Below are positions 1-9,361 of a DNA stretch of 55,711 bases, in pieces. Position 1 is the stretch's first letter, and the number at the start of each line of letters is the position of its first letter. Made by a program: the position numbers and the translations under genes. Below the pieces are notes generated by a model that was not told the origin of the DNA, searched no databases, and saw only the letters and a list, made by a program, of their open reading frames with translations. Source of the stretch: Minisyncoccota bacterium (lineage in GTDB: Bacteria > Patescibacteriota > Minisyncoccia > UBA6257 > 2-01-FULL-56-20); assembly GCA_035541435.1 (NCBI GenBank), contig DATKNL010000004.1, positions 1 through 55,711 on the forward strand, read 5' to 3'.

Positions 1-68
1 AAGAGATTCTGGCCTTCGACAACGCGCTTGACGCACCGCGCGTCGTTTTTCAAGGTTATCGTTTTCAC
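1..68 (-). CDS. partial CDS, first 22 codons only (continues past window start)
   Basis: GTG at 68-66 with GGAGG (rc of 74-78) 5 nt upstream; frame open to position 1 (VKTITLKNDARCVKRVVEGQNL). Confidence 0.3.
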   Translation of the reverse strand, partial: MKTITLKNDARCVKRVVEGQNL

Positions 69-119
69 GCACACCTCCCTCTCGGCGCATCATGCCCAGT
101 TTTCCTTAAAAAGTCAATT

Positions 120-1139
120 TCAACCCGCGACCTCCTCCGACGGCCGCTTGCGCTCGGACCACTCATAGACGACCTCCTGGAAGACCGCCGCCGCCGGCAC
201 CGAGATGATGATGCCGAGGATGCCGCCCACTTCGGCGCCGATGAGGAGCGCGCCGATCACGATCACCGGATGCAGCCCGACGGTGCGCCGCGAGAGCATC
301 GGCACGAGGATGTTCGACTCGAACTGCTGCGCGAGGATGAAGAAGATGAGCGTATAGAGCGCGAGGGTCGTCGACGTGAGCAGCGCCGTAATGACGGCGA
401 TCGCTCCCGAGAGGATCGGGCCGACGAACGGCACGAGCTCGAAGACGGCCGCGATGATCGCGATGAGGAACGCGTATTTCACGCCGAGGATCGTGAGCCC
501 GCCCCAGACGGTGAAGCCCATGATGACGCTGAGGAGGATCTGCATGCGGAACCACGAGCCGATCCGCTTGCGGGCGCGCGCATAGATGCGCATCGACTGC
601 GCCTCATAGTCGGGCGGCATGACGATCTCGAGGAACTGCTCGACGCCGTCGCGCCCGATCGTGAGATAGAACGAGCTCACGATGACGGCGACCGCGAGCC
701 CGAAGCTGCCGAGGGCGTTCGAGAAGAAGTCGAGCGGCGACGCGTTGCTGCCGATGAACTGCGACGAGAACTTCTGGATCAGGGCGCTCACGGACTGCGA
801 CGCCTTGAGGTTCCCGAGGATGCTCGTGCTCCCGAGGCTCGTCTGCCCGACGCCCGAAAAGACGTTGTTGAGCTCGACGACGAGGAGCGGCACGACCGTA
901 TAGACGAGGAGGATGATGACGATGAGGGCGGCGAGGAAGATCAGGATGACGCTCACGGTGCGCGGCAGGCCGATCCGTTCCATGATGTTCACGAGCCCCT
1001 CGAGCCCCGACGAGATGATGACGGCAAGGAAGAGGCCGAGCAGGATCTGCCGGCCCATGAAAAGCACCCAGACGATCACCACGAAGACAAGGATCCGCCA
1101 GAGGGTGAGCCAGGAGATTTCTATGCTCTTGCCGTTCAT
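120..1139 (-). CDS. AI-2E family transporter (PerM/UPF0118-like permease)
   Basis: 339 aa, multi-TM; overall sequence pattern typical of AI-2E/PerM permeases. Confidence 0.85.
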   Translation of the reverse strand: MNGKSIEISWLTLWRILVFVVIVWVLFMGRQILLGLFLAVIISSGLEGLVNIMERIGLPRTVSVILIFLAALIVIILLVYTVVPLLVVELNNVFSGVGQTSLGSTSILGNLKASQSVSALIQKFSSQFIGSNASPLDFFSNALGSFGLAVAVIVSSFYLTIGRDGVEQFLEIVMPPDYEAQSMRIYARARKRIGSWFRMQILLSVIMGFTVWGGLTILGVKYAFLIAIIAAVFELVPFVGPILSGAIAVITALLTSTTLALYTLIFFILAQQFESNILVPMLSRRTVGLHPVIVIGALLIGAEVGGILGIIISVPAAAVFQEVVYEWSERKRPSEEVAG

Positions 1140-1154
1140 GATGTCAAGCGATGG

Positions 1155-2429
1155 TTAATCGATTTTTAACAGTTTCCTGAATGCCGATTGCCGGCGGTAC
1201 GGACCGACGAGGGCGAGGTTCATGCCCGCGTCGCGGAAGACGGTGCGGCACACGCTCCGCACCTCGGCGGCCGTCGTTTTCTTAATTCTATCCACGAGTA
1301 CCCCGGGGGGCAACGCGGACCTGGTGATAACTTCCTGGCCGCCATAGAAGCTCGCGAGGTCGTCCGAGGTCTCAAGGCCGAGAATGATGCCGCCGATCAT
1401 GTGGTCCTTCGACTTCTGCAGCTCCTCGGCCGGGACGGTCTCGTCGCGCATGCGCCGGCACTCGCCCAGGATCGCCGCGATGACGGTCTCGAGCTTGCCG
1501 TGCCCCACGCCGGCAGAAATGCTCAGATATCCGTGGTCGAACGAGAGGTCGGCGCCCGCCCCGACATAGTACGCGGCGCCGAGCTCCTCGCGCACCTTCA
1601 TGAAGAGCCGCGAGCTCATGCCGCTCCCCAGGACGTCCGCCGCAAGCCGAAGGGCGTACCGGCGCGGGTCGAACGTGTCGAACGCCCTGAAGCCGAGCAC
1701 GAGATGGGCCTGGTCGGATTCCTTGAACTGGACCGAGAGGCGCGGCGCGGATTGGCGGTCCGTCGTGCGCGGCTTCTTCGCTGCCGTGCGGCGCTTGAGG
1801 CCGCCGAAAAGCGACTTCACCTGCGCGAGCACCTTCCGCTCGTCGAACCGGCCCGCGACGACGACGATCGTGCCCGGCATGACGTACCGCTGCTCGCGGT
1901 ACTTCCATACGTCGGCCCGCGAGATCTTCTGCACGCTCGCCTTCGTTCCCGCGACGTCCCATCCCGCCGGCTGGTCGCCATACATGAGGCTCAGAAAATT
2001 CCGGTGCACCCGCGCCGGAAGGTCGTCCTCGTACATGTTGATCTCCTGGATGATCACGCCGCGCTCCTTTTCCATTTCGGCGGGATCGATCAGCGGATTC
2101 AGGTACAGGTCCGAAATGATCTCGAGCGTCTTCGGCAGCTTCTCGGCCTGGGCCTTCACGTAATAGCCGGTGTACTCCTGGTCGGTAAAGGCGTTGTATT
2201 GCGCGCCGAGCGAGGCGAGCTCGCGGTCGATCATGCCCGGCTTCGGGCGGTTCGCCGTCCCCTTGAACATCAGATGCTCGAGGAAGTGCGAAACGCCGCT
2301 CAGCCGCTTCGTCTCATATTCGGACCCGGCCTGCACGAGGATGAGGACGGTCGCCGCCATGTTTTCGGGCTGCGGGACAAGAAGGACGCGCAGGCCGTTC
2401 GGGAGGACCGTCTTTTTGGGTTGTTTCAT
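1155..2429 (-). CDS. M16 family zinc metallopeptidase (insulinase-like)
   Basis: 424 aa; inverted zinc motif HFLEH (HxxEH) near N-terminus; M16 N and C domain length. Confidence 0.9.
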   Translation of the reverse strand: MKQPKKTVLPNGLRVLLVPQPENMAATVLILVQAGSEYETKRLSGVSHFLEHLMFKGTANRPKPGMIDRELASLGAQYNAFTDQEYTGYYVKAQAEKLPKTLEIISDLYLNPLIDPAEMEKERGVIIQEINMYEDDLPARVHRNFLSLMYGDQPAGWDVAGTKASVQKISRADVWKYREQRYVMPGTIVVVAGRFDERKVLAQVKSLFGGLKRRTAAKKPRTTDRQSAPRLSVQFKESDQAHLVLGFRAFDTFDPRRYALRLAADVLGSGMSSRLFMKVREELGAAYYVGAGADLSFDHGYLSISAGVGHGKLETVIAAILGECRRMRDETVPAEELQKSKDHMIGGIILGLETSDDLASFYGGQEVITRSALPPGVLVDRIKKTTAAEVRSVCRTVFRDAGMNLALVGPYRRQSAFRKLLKID

Positions 2430-2436
2430 ACGCTCT

Positions 2437-2442
2437 ATGATA
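2437..2442 (-). promoter_or_regulatory. -10 box TATCAT, 7 nt from ATG 2429 (leaderless M16 peptidase)
   Basis: rc of atgata; no SD in the spacer. Confidence 0.5.
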
Positions 2443-2483
2443 CGCCGCCGGGAGGGCTCCCGCTAGCGCGGAGGCTGCGGCGG

Positions 2484-3983
2484 CTAGCTGGTGCCCGCCT
2501 GGTTGAGCGTCTGGATGTCCGACGCGAAGCCCTGGGCCCGCTCGACGACCGCCTCACCATAGGTCCAGAGATAGCTCTTCCAATGGCTGCCCGCATAATA
2601 TTTCGCCGCCGTGCAGCGCTCCTGGCTCAGCACCGCGGAATAGGCGGCCTTGCAGCCGGTCATGGCGTCTTTCAAAAAGAGAGCTGTCGCCGCGAACGCG
2701 TCGCTGTTGTTCCAGGGCGACGGCGGATTGTTGCCGGTCACCGCCGAGATGCCCGGGGCATACAGCTCCCAGGTCGACGGGACGAACTGGGCCGGACCCA
2801 TCGCGCCGCCATAGGCGCCGTCCGCGTTGGGACACGAGACGAGCATCGTGTTCGGATCGAGGTGCAGCTGGTTCACGATATCGAGGAAGACCGGGATGTT
2901 CGCCGGGCTCATCGCCGTCTTATAGCTGCACTTGCCGACGTTCTGTCCGAGGGCCGACTCATGGTCGAGGATCGCAAGGACGAACGCCGGATCGATGCCC
3001 GTCGCGTTGCCGGCAAGCTTCGCATATTGATAGGCGTCGCCGAACGACAGCTGTCCCCCGCCGAGCAGCTGGAAGATGCGGCTCCTGATCTGCGCCGCGC
3101 TCGCCTGCGTCACAGCGAGCAGCTGCTGGTACTTCGTCTCCTGCCCCTTCGTCTCGGCGAGGAGTTCGGTCTTCTGATCCTTCGTGCTCGCGACGAGCGC
3201 CGCCTGGGCCGCCTGATAGGCCTTGGCCATCGACGCCGCATCGCGCGAGGCGGCGAATTCCTGCTCCTGTCCCTGAAGCTGCGACTGCAGGTCGGTGATC
3301 TGCTGCACGGCGACGCGCAGGTTATCCTGCAGCAGCGTGATGTCCTGCGAATCCTTCCAGAAGTCGGCGAGCGTCGGATTCTTCAAAAAGATCTCCATCA
3401 GGTTCTGCTGGTCGTTCTGATACAGGCTGTTCATGAGCCCCGCGATCGCCACCTTCTTCTGGGTGATGTCCCCCTGGGTCACCTGGATCTGCGACTGCGT
3501 CTGGGCGATCTGCTCATCGAGCTGCGAGAGCGTCAGGTTGATCGCCTTGATCTGCAGGTTCAGGCTGGCGATCTTCGCGTTCAGCTGGTTGATCTGGCTC
3601 GAGAGCGTCTTGCCCTGCGTCTGATAGCTCGCGATCTGGCCCTGGTACTGGTTGATCTGCCCCTCAAGGTCGGCGAGCTGCGCCTGAAGCGCCGCCTGTT
3701 CCGCGCCGACGTCCGTCGACGACGCGGCGATCCCGAGCGTGCTCGTCGCATCCGCGCTCGCACTCGCTGCCCGCGTAAGGCCGCCGAGCGTCGGCGCGCT
3801 CGCCGATCCGAAGATGAGGACGACGGCCGCGATGCCGATCGCAAGCCAGCGCAGCCCCGGGGTGAGCGGGACGCGCACGATGTTCTCCTGCGAGAGGTTG
3901 ATGCGCGAGGGGAGGGACGAATAGCTGGTCCAGCCGCGCCTGCGCGCGACAAGGTCGCCCACCACCTTAGGTTTCAAAGGCAT
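2484..3983 (-). CDS. membrane-anchored coiled-coil protein with C-terminal lytic transglycosylase (SLT_2/MltB-like) domain
   Basis: N-terminal TM, ~250 aa Q/L-rich heptad region, C-terminal ILDHES...GAMGPAQFVPSTW motif. Confidence 0.8.
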   Translation of the reverse strand: MPLKPKVVGDLVARRRGWTSYSSLPSRINLSQENIVRVPLTPGLRWLAIGIAAVVLIFGSASAPTLGGLTRAASASADATSTLGIAASSTDVGAEQAALQAQLADLEGQINQYQGQIASYQTQGKTLSSQINQLNAKIASLNLQIKAINLTLSQLDEQIAQTQSQIQVTQGDITQKKVAIAGLMNSLYQNDQQNLMEIFLKNPTLADFWKDSQDITLLQDNLRVAVQQITDLQSQLQGQEQEFAASRDAASMAKAYQAAQAALVASTKDQKTELLAETKGQETKYQQLLAVTQASAAQIRSRIFQLLGGGQLSFGDAYQYAKLAGNATGIDPAFVLAILDHESALGQNVGKCSYKTAMSPANIPVFLDIVNQLHLDPNTMLVSCPNADGAYGGAMGPAQFVPSTWELYAPGISAVTGNNPPSPWNNSDAFAATALFLKDAMTGCKAAYSAVLSQERCTAAKYYAGSHWKSYLWTYGEAVVERAQGFASDIQTLNQAGTS

Positions 3984-3990
3984 TTCCTCT

Positions 3991-3996
3991 ATTATA
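3991..3996 (-). promoter_or_regulatory. -10 box TATAAT, 7 nt from ATG 3983
   Basis: rc of attata; no SD. Confidence 0.55.
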
Positions 3997-4017
3997 ACGC
4001 AGAACCAAAAAAGCCGG

Positions 4018-4677
4018 TTACCCGGCCTTTTCGTCTTTCGTCTTCTCTGCCTGTCGCTCGGCTTTCTTCTCTTCGGTCTCGACCTTCACGGCCGAAACGT
4101 CAACGGTTTCCGCGACCACTGGCTCCTCTTCGGCCACCGGCGGCGTCGCGGTCACGACCGCGGTCTCGGGTTCGACGAGCATTTCGACGCCCTTCGGCAC
4201 CGAAAGGTCTTTGACATAGATCGTCTTGTCGAGGTCGTCGAGCGCCGAAAGGTCGACAGTGATGCTGTGCGGAAGGTCGTTCGGCAGGGCTTCGACTTCG
4301 ATCTCGGCCATCGCCTTGTTGAGGACGGCGCCCTTCTCTTTGATGGCCGGCGCCTCGCCCGTGAATTCGAGCGGGACTTTCGCCGTGATCTTCTCGTCCA
4401 TGCGGATCTGATGGAAATCGATCGACACGATGTCGCCCGTCAGGAAGTCGCGGCCGACTTCGTGGATCAGCGTCGGGCGCTTCTCTTTATTAATGACGAG
4501 GTTGACGACCGTGGTCGCACCGGCGGCCTTCAGGATCTTGTTGAAATCCTTTACGCCAACCGAAAGATGCATGTTCTTGATGCCATGCCCATAGAGTTCA
4601 GCCGGAACGAGGCCCTCCCTGCGGAGCGCCCTGACTTTCTTGCCGGTAATTTCGCGCGGTTGCGCTGCCAAATCCAT
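4018..4677 (-). CDS. rplY: 50S ribosomal protein L25 / general stress protein Ctc
   Basis: REITGKKVRALRREGLVPAELYG N-terminus and acidic C-terminal extension; start moved to MDLAAQ (ATG 4677) because TGCTACCAT lies 7 nt upstream. Confidence 0.85.
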   Translation of the reverse strand: MDLAAQPREITGKKVRALRREGLVPAELYGHGIKNMHLSVGVKDFNKILKAAGATTVVNLVINKEKRPTLIHEVGRDFLTGDIVSIDFHQIRMDEKITAKVPLEFTGEAPAIKEKGAVLNKAMAEIEVEALPNDLPHSITVDLSALDDLDKTIYVKDLSVPKGVEMLVEPETAVVTATPPVAEEEPVVAETVDVSAVKVETEEKKAERQAEKTKDEKAG

Positions 4678-4684
4678 GGGCTCC

Positions 4685-4693
4685 ATGGTAGCA
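4685..4693 (-). promoter_or_regulatory. extended -10 TGCTACCAT, 7 nt from ATG 4677 (L25)
   Basis: rc of atggtagca. Confidence 0.45.
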
Positions 4694-4756
4694 GAAAGCG
4701 CGCGCGGGCGCAACCCCGGCAGATGGGAGGATCATCCTCGATTTGCCGAGCGATTC

Positions 4757-5179
4757 CTAATCCGACACGATCTCCCCGACGAAAAACGCGTCGATCTGCT
4801 TCCTGTTCGCAAAGAAGATCTCTTTCGGCAACTCCCCCTTTCCGAACCATCGCCATTCGTAGAACCGATCGGGCTCGCGAACCTGCGGCTCACCCAAAGG
4901 GTCTTCCGCCAGGAACCCGACGTCGAGGTAATGATGGGGCTGGATATGCTCGCGGTCATTCGTCAGATTGACGAAGCGCAAAGAGGTCGCCTCAAGGCCG
5001 GTTTCCTCCCGAAGCTCACGGCGGGCGCCATCCTCCATTTTTTCACCGACCTCCATATGGCCGCCGGGCAATCCCCATGTGCCTTCGCCGAATCCCTTGC
5101 GCCTACCGAGCAGCAGCGCCCCGCCCCGGACCACGAACACATTGAGGCCGACATGGAACGAATACCGGTCGTCGGCCAT
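4757..5179 (-). CDS. NUDIX hydrolase
   Basis: Nudix box GGHMEVGEKMEDGARRELREETGL. Confidence 0.85.
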   Translation of the reverse strand: MADDRYSFHVGLNVFVVRGGALLLGRRKGFGEGTWGLPGGHMEVGEKMEDGARRELREETGLEATSLRFVNLTNDREHIQPHHYLDVGFLAEDPLGEPQVREPDRFYEWRWFGKGELPKEIFFANRKQIDAFFVGEIVSD

Positions 5180-5184
5180 GATGT

Positions 5185-6084
5185 CTAAATCCCGTTGAAC
5201 AGCCTAAGACGGCCCGAAACGATGTTTTTGATATGTTCAACCGACGGCCCAAGCAGCTTATAAGGAGCGATCTCGTCGGGCTGGTCCTTGAGGGACCGTT
5301 CCATCCCCTGCCGCCAGGCGAGCCGCAGCTCGCTCGAGACATGGATGATCGTCATGCCGTTCTTCGCGGCCGCGACGAAGTCCTCGTCGGCCGTTCCCGA
5401 TCCGCCGTGCAGCGTCATGAACCGGCAGCCCGCGCCGCCGATCGCCTTCTTGATCTCGCCGATGAGCGCGATGTCGAGCTTCTTGTGGTCCTCGCCCGTC
5501 ACCATCGACTTGAGGAGCCCGTGCATGTTGCCGACCGCGGGAGCCAGCACGTCCACCCCCGTCTCGCGGACGAACCGCGCGGCCTCGTCGGGCGTGGAAT
5601 ATTTCATCGATTCCTGCGGACGCTCGCTCACGATCTCGGACGACGAGCCGATATAGCCGATCTCGCCCTCGATGACGATCGCCGGATTGATCGAACGCGC
5701 AAGCGCGACGGCCTCCTTCGTCTGCGCGAGGTTCTCCTCGAACGGCAGCTTCGAGGCGTCGAAGATGATCTCGTCGAATCCCGCTTCGGCCACCTCTCTC
5801 ACCTTGTCGATGGAATGGGTATGGTCGGCATTGATATAGACGGGATAGTCGAACATGTCGCGCATGGCGCGGACCATGGCGGCCGCCTCCTTCACGCCGA
5901 GGAACTCCCGCTCCCCCTCCGAGACGCCGATGAGGATCGGCAGCTTGTCGCCGCCGTGCGCGGCCGAAAGTTCGCGCGCGCCGTCCATGATGCCCTTGAG
6001 CGCGCCGAATTCCGAAATGTTGAAGTGGCCGATGGCCGCCTGGCGCGCATCGGCGTCCGCCAGGGCTTCACGCAGGGTCTTCAT
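5185..6084 (-). CDS. fba: class II fructose-bisphosphate aldolase
   Basis: 299 aa; FbaA-type N-terminus (AIGHFNISE), INADHTHS and MTLHGGSG motifs. Confidence 0.9.
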   Translation of the reverse strand: MKTLREALADADARQAAIGHFNISEFGALKGIMDGARELSAAHGGDKLPILIGVSEGEREFLGVKEAAAMVRAMRDMFDYPVYINADHTHSIDKVREVAEAGFDEIIFDASKLPFEENLAQTKEAVALARSINPAIVIEGEIGYIGSSSEIVSERPQESMKYSTPDEAARFVRETGVDVLAPAVGNMHGLLKSMVTGEDHKKLDIALIGEIKKAIGGAGCRFMTLHGGSGTADEDFVAAAKNGMTIIHVSSELRLAWRQGMERSLKDQPDEIAPYKLLGPSVEHIKNIVSGRLRLFNGI

Positions 6085-6107
6085 GAGAGATTAAAAATAG
6101 ATGAAAG

Positions 6108-7109
6108 CTAGATTGACTTTGCCGAAAACTTCTTAGGGGCCTTCTTGAGGAGCGCCGTAAGCTGCGGCTTCGTGAGCAGGCCGGTCTGCGCGCCGAAGAA
6201 CTGCACGACGTGCATCGATTCGATCGGGGCCCAGCGGAGCGCCTCGGCGACCGGCAGGCCATAGATGAGCGCGCAGAGGAATCCGGTCGAGAACGCGTCG
6301 CCCGCGCCCGTGCGGGACACCGGCGGCTTCGGATCGGGATAGAGCGGCATGAAATAGCGGTTCGTGCCGTCCGACGCATAGGCGCCCTTCGGACCGTCGG
6401 TGATCACGACCACCTTCGGGCCGAGCGCATGCATGCTCCTGAAGAGCTCGTGGATGTCGGTCCCGCTCTTCTTCTTCAGCACGAGCTCCGCCTCTTCGCG
6501 GTTCATGAAGATGACGTACGTGTGCTTGTAGATCTCGCGGATCTTCTCGACGCCGTAGCGCAGCTGGAAGGTCCCGGGATTGAAGCCCATCCGCACGTTC
6601 GGATGCGAGTGGAGATACCGGGCCACCTTCCTGTGGAACGGCAGCGTGTCTTCGGCGATCGACGAGAAATAGAGCCAGTCGGTCGAATTGCCCAGCTTGC
6701 GCGGATCGTCGTATTCATAGGACTGGTGCTTGATGAGGATCGTCCGCTCGGCCTCATAGGTCAGCACGAAGTGATAGTTGGTCGGTTTCGCCTTGTTGAC
6801 CTTCACGAGGTCGCGCTTCACGCCCTCCTTCTTATATTTCTCGAGCACGTCGCGGCCATACTGGTCGCCGCCGATCGCCGTGAGCATCCCGACGGACAGG
6901 CCGAGGCGCGCGGCGCCGACCGCCACGTTCGACGAGTTGCCGACCGCGGGGATGACCTCGAGGGACTTGTACGGGATCTTGTCGGCAAACGACATCGAAA
7001 GCGTCGCATGCTCGTGATTCCTGTCCCAGGTCACTTTCGCCTCCTGGAGCGTGATGAAGGCGTCGACGACGACGTCACCGATGCTCACCAGGTCGTATTT
7101 CTTTTTCAT
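6108..7109 (-). CDS. PfkB-family carbohydrate kinase (substrate unknown)
   Basis: 333 aa ribokinase-like fold; C-terminal TGAGDAF signature. Confidence 0.85.
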   Translation of the reverse strand: MKKKYDLVSIGDVVVDAFITLQEAKVTWDRNHEHATLSMSFADKIPYKSLEVIPAVGNSSNVAVGAARLGLSVGMLTAIGGDQYGRDVLEKYKKEGVKRDLVKVNKAKPTNYHFVLTYEAERTILIKHQSYEYDDPRKLGNSTDWLYFSSIAEDTLPFHRKVARYLHSHPNVRMGFNPGTFQLRYGVEKIREIYKHTYVIFMNREEAELVLKKKSGTDIHELFRSMHALGPKVVVITDGPKGAYASDGTNRYFMPLYPDPKPPVSRTGAGDAFSTGFLCALIYGLPVAEALRWAPIESMHVVQFFGAQTGLLTKPQLTALLKKAPKKFSAKSI

Positions 7110-7115
7110 AAATGG

Positions 7116-8108
7116 TTATTTCTTTCGTTTGATCGCCTTCTTCGCGGCCGCCTTGATGTCGCGCACCGTCATGCCGTAGCGCGCGAGGAGCTTGTCAGGA
7201 GGACCTGATTCGCCGAAGGTGTCATGCATCCCGATGAACTCGATCGGCGCCGGCGCGTGGAGCGCGAGCGCTTCGGCGACCGCGCCGCCGAGGCCGCCCT
7301 GCACCTGGTGCTCCTCGGCCGTGACGACCGCGCCGATTTTTTTCGCGAACTCGGCGATCGTCTTCGCGTCGAGCGGTTTCACGGTATGGCAGTCGAGCAC
7401 GATGCTGCCGATGCCGTCGTCCTCAAGTTCTCGCGCGGCGACAAGCGCCGTGTGGACGATCGCTCCCGTCGCGATGATGAGGACCTCGGGCTTCTTCGAC
7501 CGCCAGAACACTTCGGCCTTGCCGGGCGTGTAGGGCGTCGCATCGGTCGTCACGACCGGCGTCTTCTCACGCTGAAAGCGCAGATAGACCGGGCCCCAGA
7601 CGTGCGCCGCGGCGAGCGTCGCCTTGCGCGCCTCGACGGAGTCGCACGGAATCCAGACCCGCATGTGCGGGATCGCCCGCATGATCGCGATGTCCTCGGT
7701 CGCCTGGTGCGTCGCGCCGTCGGGTCCCACCGAAATGCCGGCGTGATGTCCCGCGATCTTCACGTTCGCGTCGTTATAGGCGGCCGTCGTGCGGATCTGC
7801 TCCCAGTTGCGTCCCGGCGAGAACGTCGCATAGGACGAGATGAACGCCACCTTGCCCGTCACGCCGAGGCCGGCGGCGACCGTCGCCATGTTCTGCTCGG
7901 CGACGCCGAGCTCGATGAACCGGTACGGGAACTTCTTCGCGAACGGCTCGACGCGCGTCGATTCCGTGAGGTCCGCCGACAAGGCGACGACGTTCGGGTT
8001 GAGGTCGCCCGCGGCAACGAGTCCCGTCCCATACCCGTCGCGCGTCGGATGCTGCTCGACATCCGCGTCGAACAGGTTCGGATTGAGCTTGGCGTCGGGA
8101 TTCAGCAT
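7116..8108 (-). CDS. tkt: transketolase, C-terminal (pyrimidine-binding) subunit
   Basis: 330 aa; FIELGVAEQNM motif; split-transketolase half; TACAAT 6 nt upstream of ATG. Confidence 0.9.
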   Translation of the reverse strand: MLNPDAKLNPNLFDADVEQHPTRDGYGTGLVAAGDLNPNVVALSADLTESTRVEPFAKKFPYRFIELGVAEQNMATVAAGLGVTGKVAFISSYATFSPGRNWEQIRTTAAYNDANVKIAGHHAGISVGPDGATHQATEDIAIMRAIPHMRVWIPCDSVEARKATLAAAHVWGPVYLRFQREKTPVVTTDATPYTPGKAEVFWRSKKPEVLIIATGAIVHTALVAARELEDDGIGSIVLDCHTVKPLDAKTIAEFAKKIGAVVTAEEHQVQGGLGGAVAEALALHAPAPIEFIGMHDTFGESGPPDKLLARYGMTVRDIKAAAKKAIKRKK

Positions 8109-8114
8109 GACTTC

Positions 8115-8120
8115 ATTGTA
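8115..8120 (-). promoter_or_regulatory. -10 box TACAAT, 6 nt from ATG 8108 (tkt C-terminal half)
   Basis: rc of attgta. Confidence 0.5.
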
Positions 8121-8122
8121 CC

Positions 8123-8773
8123 CTATCCGGAAAACGTGAGCGTATCCACAATCTGATGCGCTGTCTGGCTGTTCGCGACCGGCAACGAGATGTTCGGGTT
8201 TTCCTGTGGAATCGGGAAATCGAACCGCAGGACCTCGCCTTCGTGCGCGACATAGACCTGTTCGGCGCGGTGATCGAATTCGAAGACGCCATAGAGCTCA
8301 TAGGTCTCGGTCAAACCGACATAGCCGAGCTCGGTCCGTTCGAACTGCGGCGTGGTCGCCGGCGCCCTGTTCTTGTCGGCGCCGCTCGCCGCATCGGCGG
8401 CCCGGTCCGCGGCAAGCATGGCGTGCACGTATTCGCCCGACGAAAGCGAGCTCGTGTTGTTCATGATGGAAATGCGGACGACATAGGTCTTCGTCCCCGT
8501 GAGCGGATTGCCGATCGCGACCCACGGCACGTCCGCCGCCAAGCCGCTGTCGTCGAGCTGCCACGCCGCCGGATAGCGCACCGTGAAGCCGTACGCGGCG
8601 CTCTCATACGTGGTCCAGTCGGCCGTCTGCACGGTCACGCCTTCCTGCTGGGCCGCGATGGCGTCGCCCACCGCCTGGATGCGCACGATGACGACATAGG
8701 CGCAGGTGCCGAGCGCCGCGATCGCGATCACGATGGCGGTAAGTACGGCGGTCGGTTCCTTCGCGTGGATCAT
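8123..8773 (-). CDS. hypothetical membrane-anchored protein
   Basis: Start taken at MIHAKEP (ATG 8773), 5 nt after the upstream stop; one N-terminal TM; no recognisable domain. Confidence 0.55.
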   Translation of the reverse strand: MIHAKEPTAVLTAIVIAIAALGTCAYVVIVRIQAVGDAIAAQQEGVTVQTADWTTYESAAYGFTVRYPAAWQLDDSGLAADVPWVAIGNPLTGTKTYVVRISIMNNTSSLSSGEYVHAMLAADRAADAASGADKNRAPATTPQFERTELGYVGLTETYELYGVFEFDHRAEQVYVAHEGEVLRFDFPIPQENPNISLPVANSQTAHQIVDTLTFSG

Positions 8774-8778
8774 GGGCC

Positions 8779-9330
8779 CTAGGCGGACGTTCGGCGCGCG
8801 GCGGAGCGGCGCTGCATGAGCCACATGCTGCCGCCGATCACGAGCACCGCGACGACGAGCCCCACGAAGAACTTGAGGCGGTCATCGATGCTGTCCCATC
8901 CCCGTCCGTAGCCATAGAGGATGCTCCACAGGCCCGCAAGCATCATGCCGATCGGCGCGCCCTGGTCGGTCAGCGCCGCATAGAGCACGAGGAAGAATCC
9001 GACGACGAAGACGATGATGCCGATCACGTTCGCGACGATGAAGACGTTGCGGTTATAGACCCGCATCGCGGATTCGTACTGCGCCTCCTGCGCGTCGAAC
9101 CGGCTCTGCGCGGCCTGCTGGTCGGCCTGCTGCTTCGCGCTCTGCACCTGTTCGGCCTGCTGGCATTCCACGTCCTTGGTCGCGCAGGGCGTGAGCGGCA
9201 CCGGGGCGATCGGCAGATTCGGATAGGTCGGCGACACCGGTTCCGGATAGAACGCCTTGATGCCGAGCGTGATGAGCGCGCCGAGGATGAACGCCGTCCC
9301 GATGGCCAATACGATGTTTACGATTTTCAT
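8779..9330 (-). CDS. hypothetical integral membrane protein
   Basis: 183 aa; N-terminal TM, Q/A-rich helix, three C-terminal TM segments. Confidence 0.6.
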   Translation of the reverse strand: MKIVNIVLAIGTAFILGALITLGIKAFYPEPVSPTYPNLPIAPVPLTPCATKDVECQQAEQVQSAKQQADQQAAQSRFDAQEAQYESAMRVYNRNVFIVANVIGIIVFVVGFFLVLYAALTDQGAPIGMMLAGLWSILYGYGRGWDSIDDRLKFFVGLVVAVLVIGGSMWLMQRRSAARRTSA

Positions 9331-9361
9331 GATTTTTTAATGAATGGTTTATGCGACCGCG

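Noticed and set aside
1188-4214. 1008-aa plus-strand ORF spanning three minus-strand genes; similar long antisense ORFs at 270-1169, 5233-6111, 6210-7208, 7224-8156, 12243-13199 and 27834-29216
   Set aside because: These are Arg/Ala/Asp-rich low-information translations lying exactly antisense to genes with clear family motifs. They are typical stop-codon-poor shadow frames in high-GC DNA.
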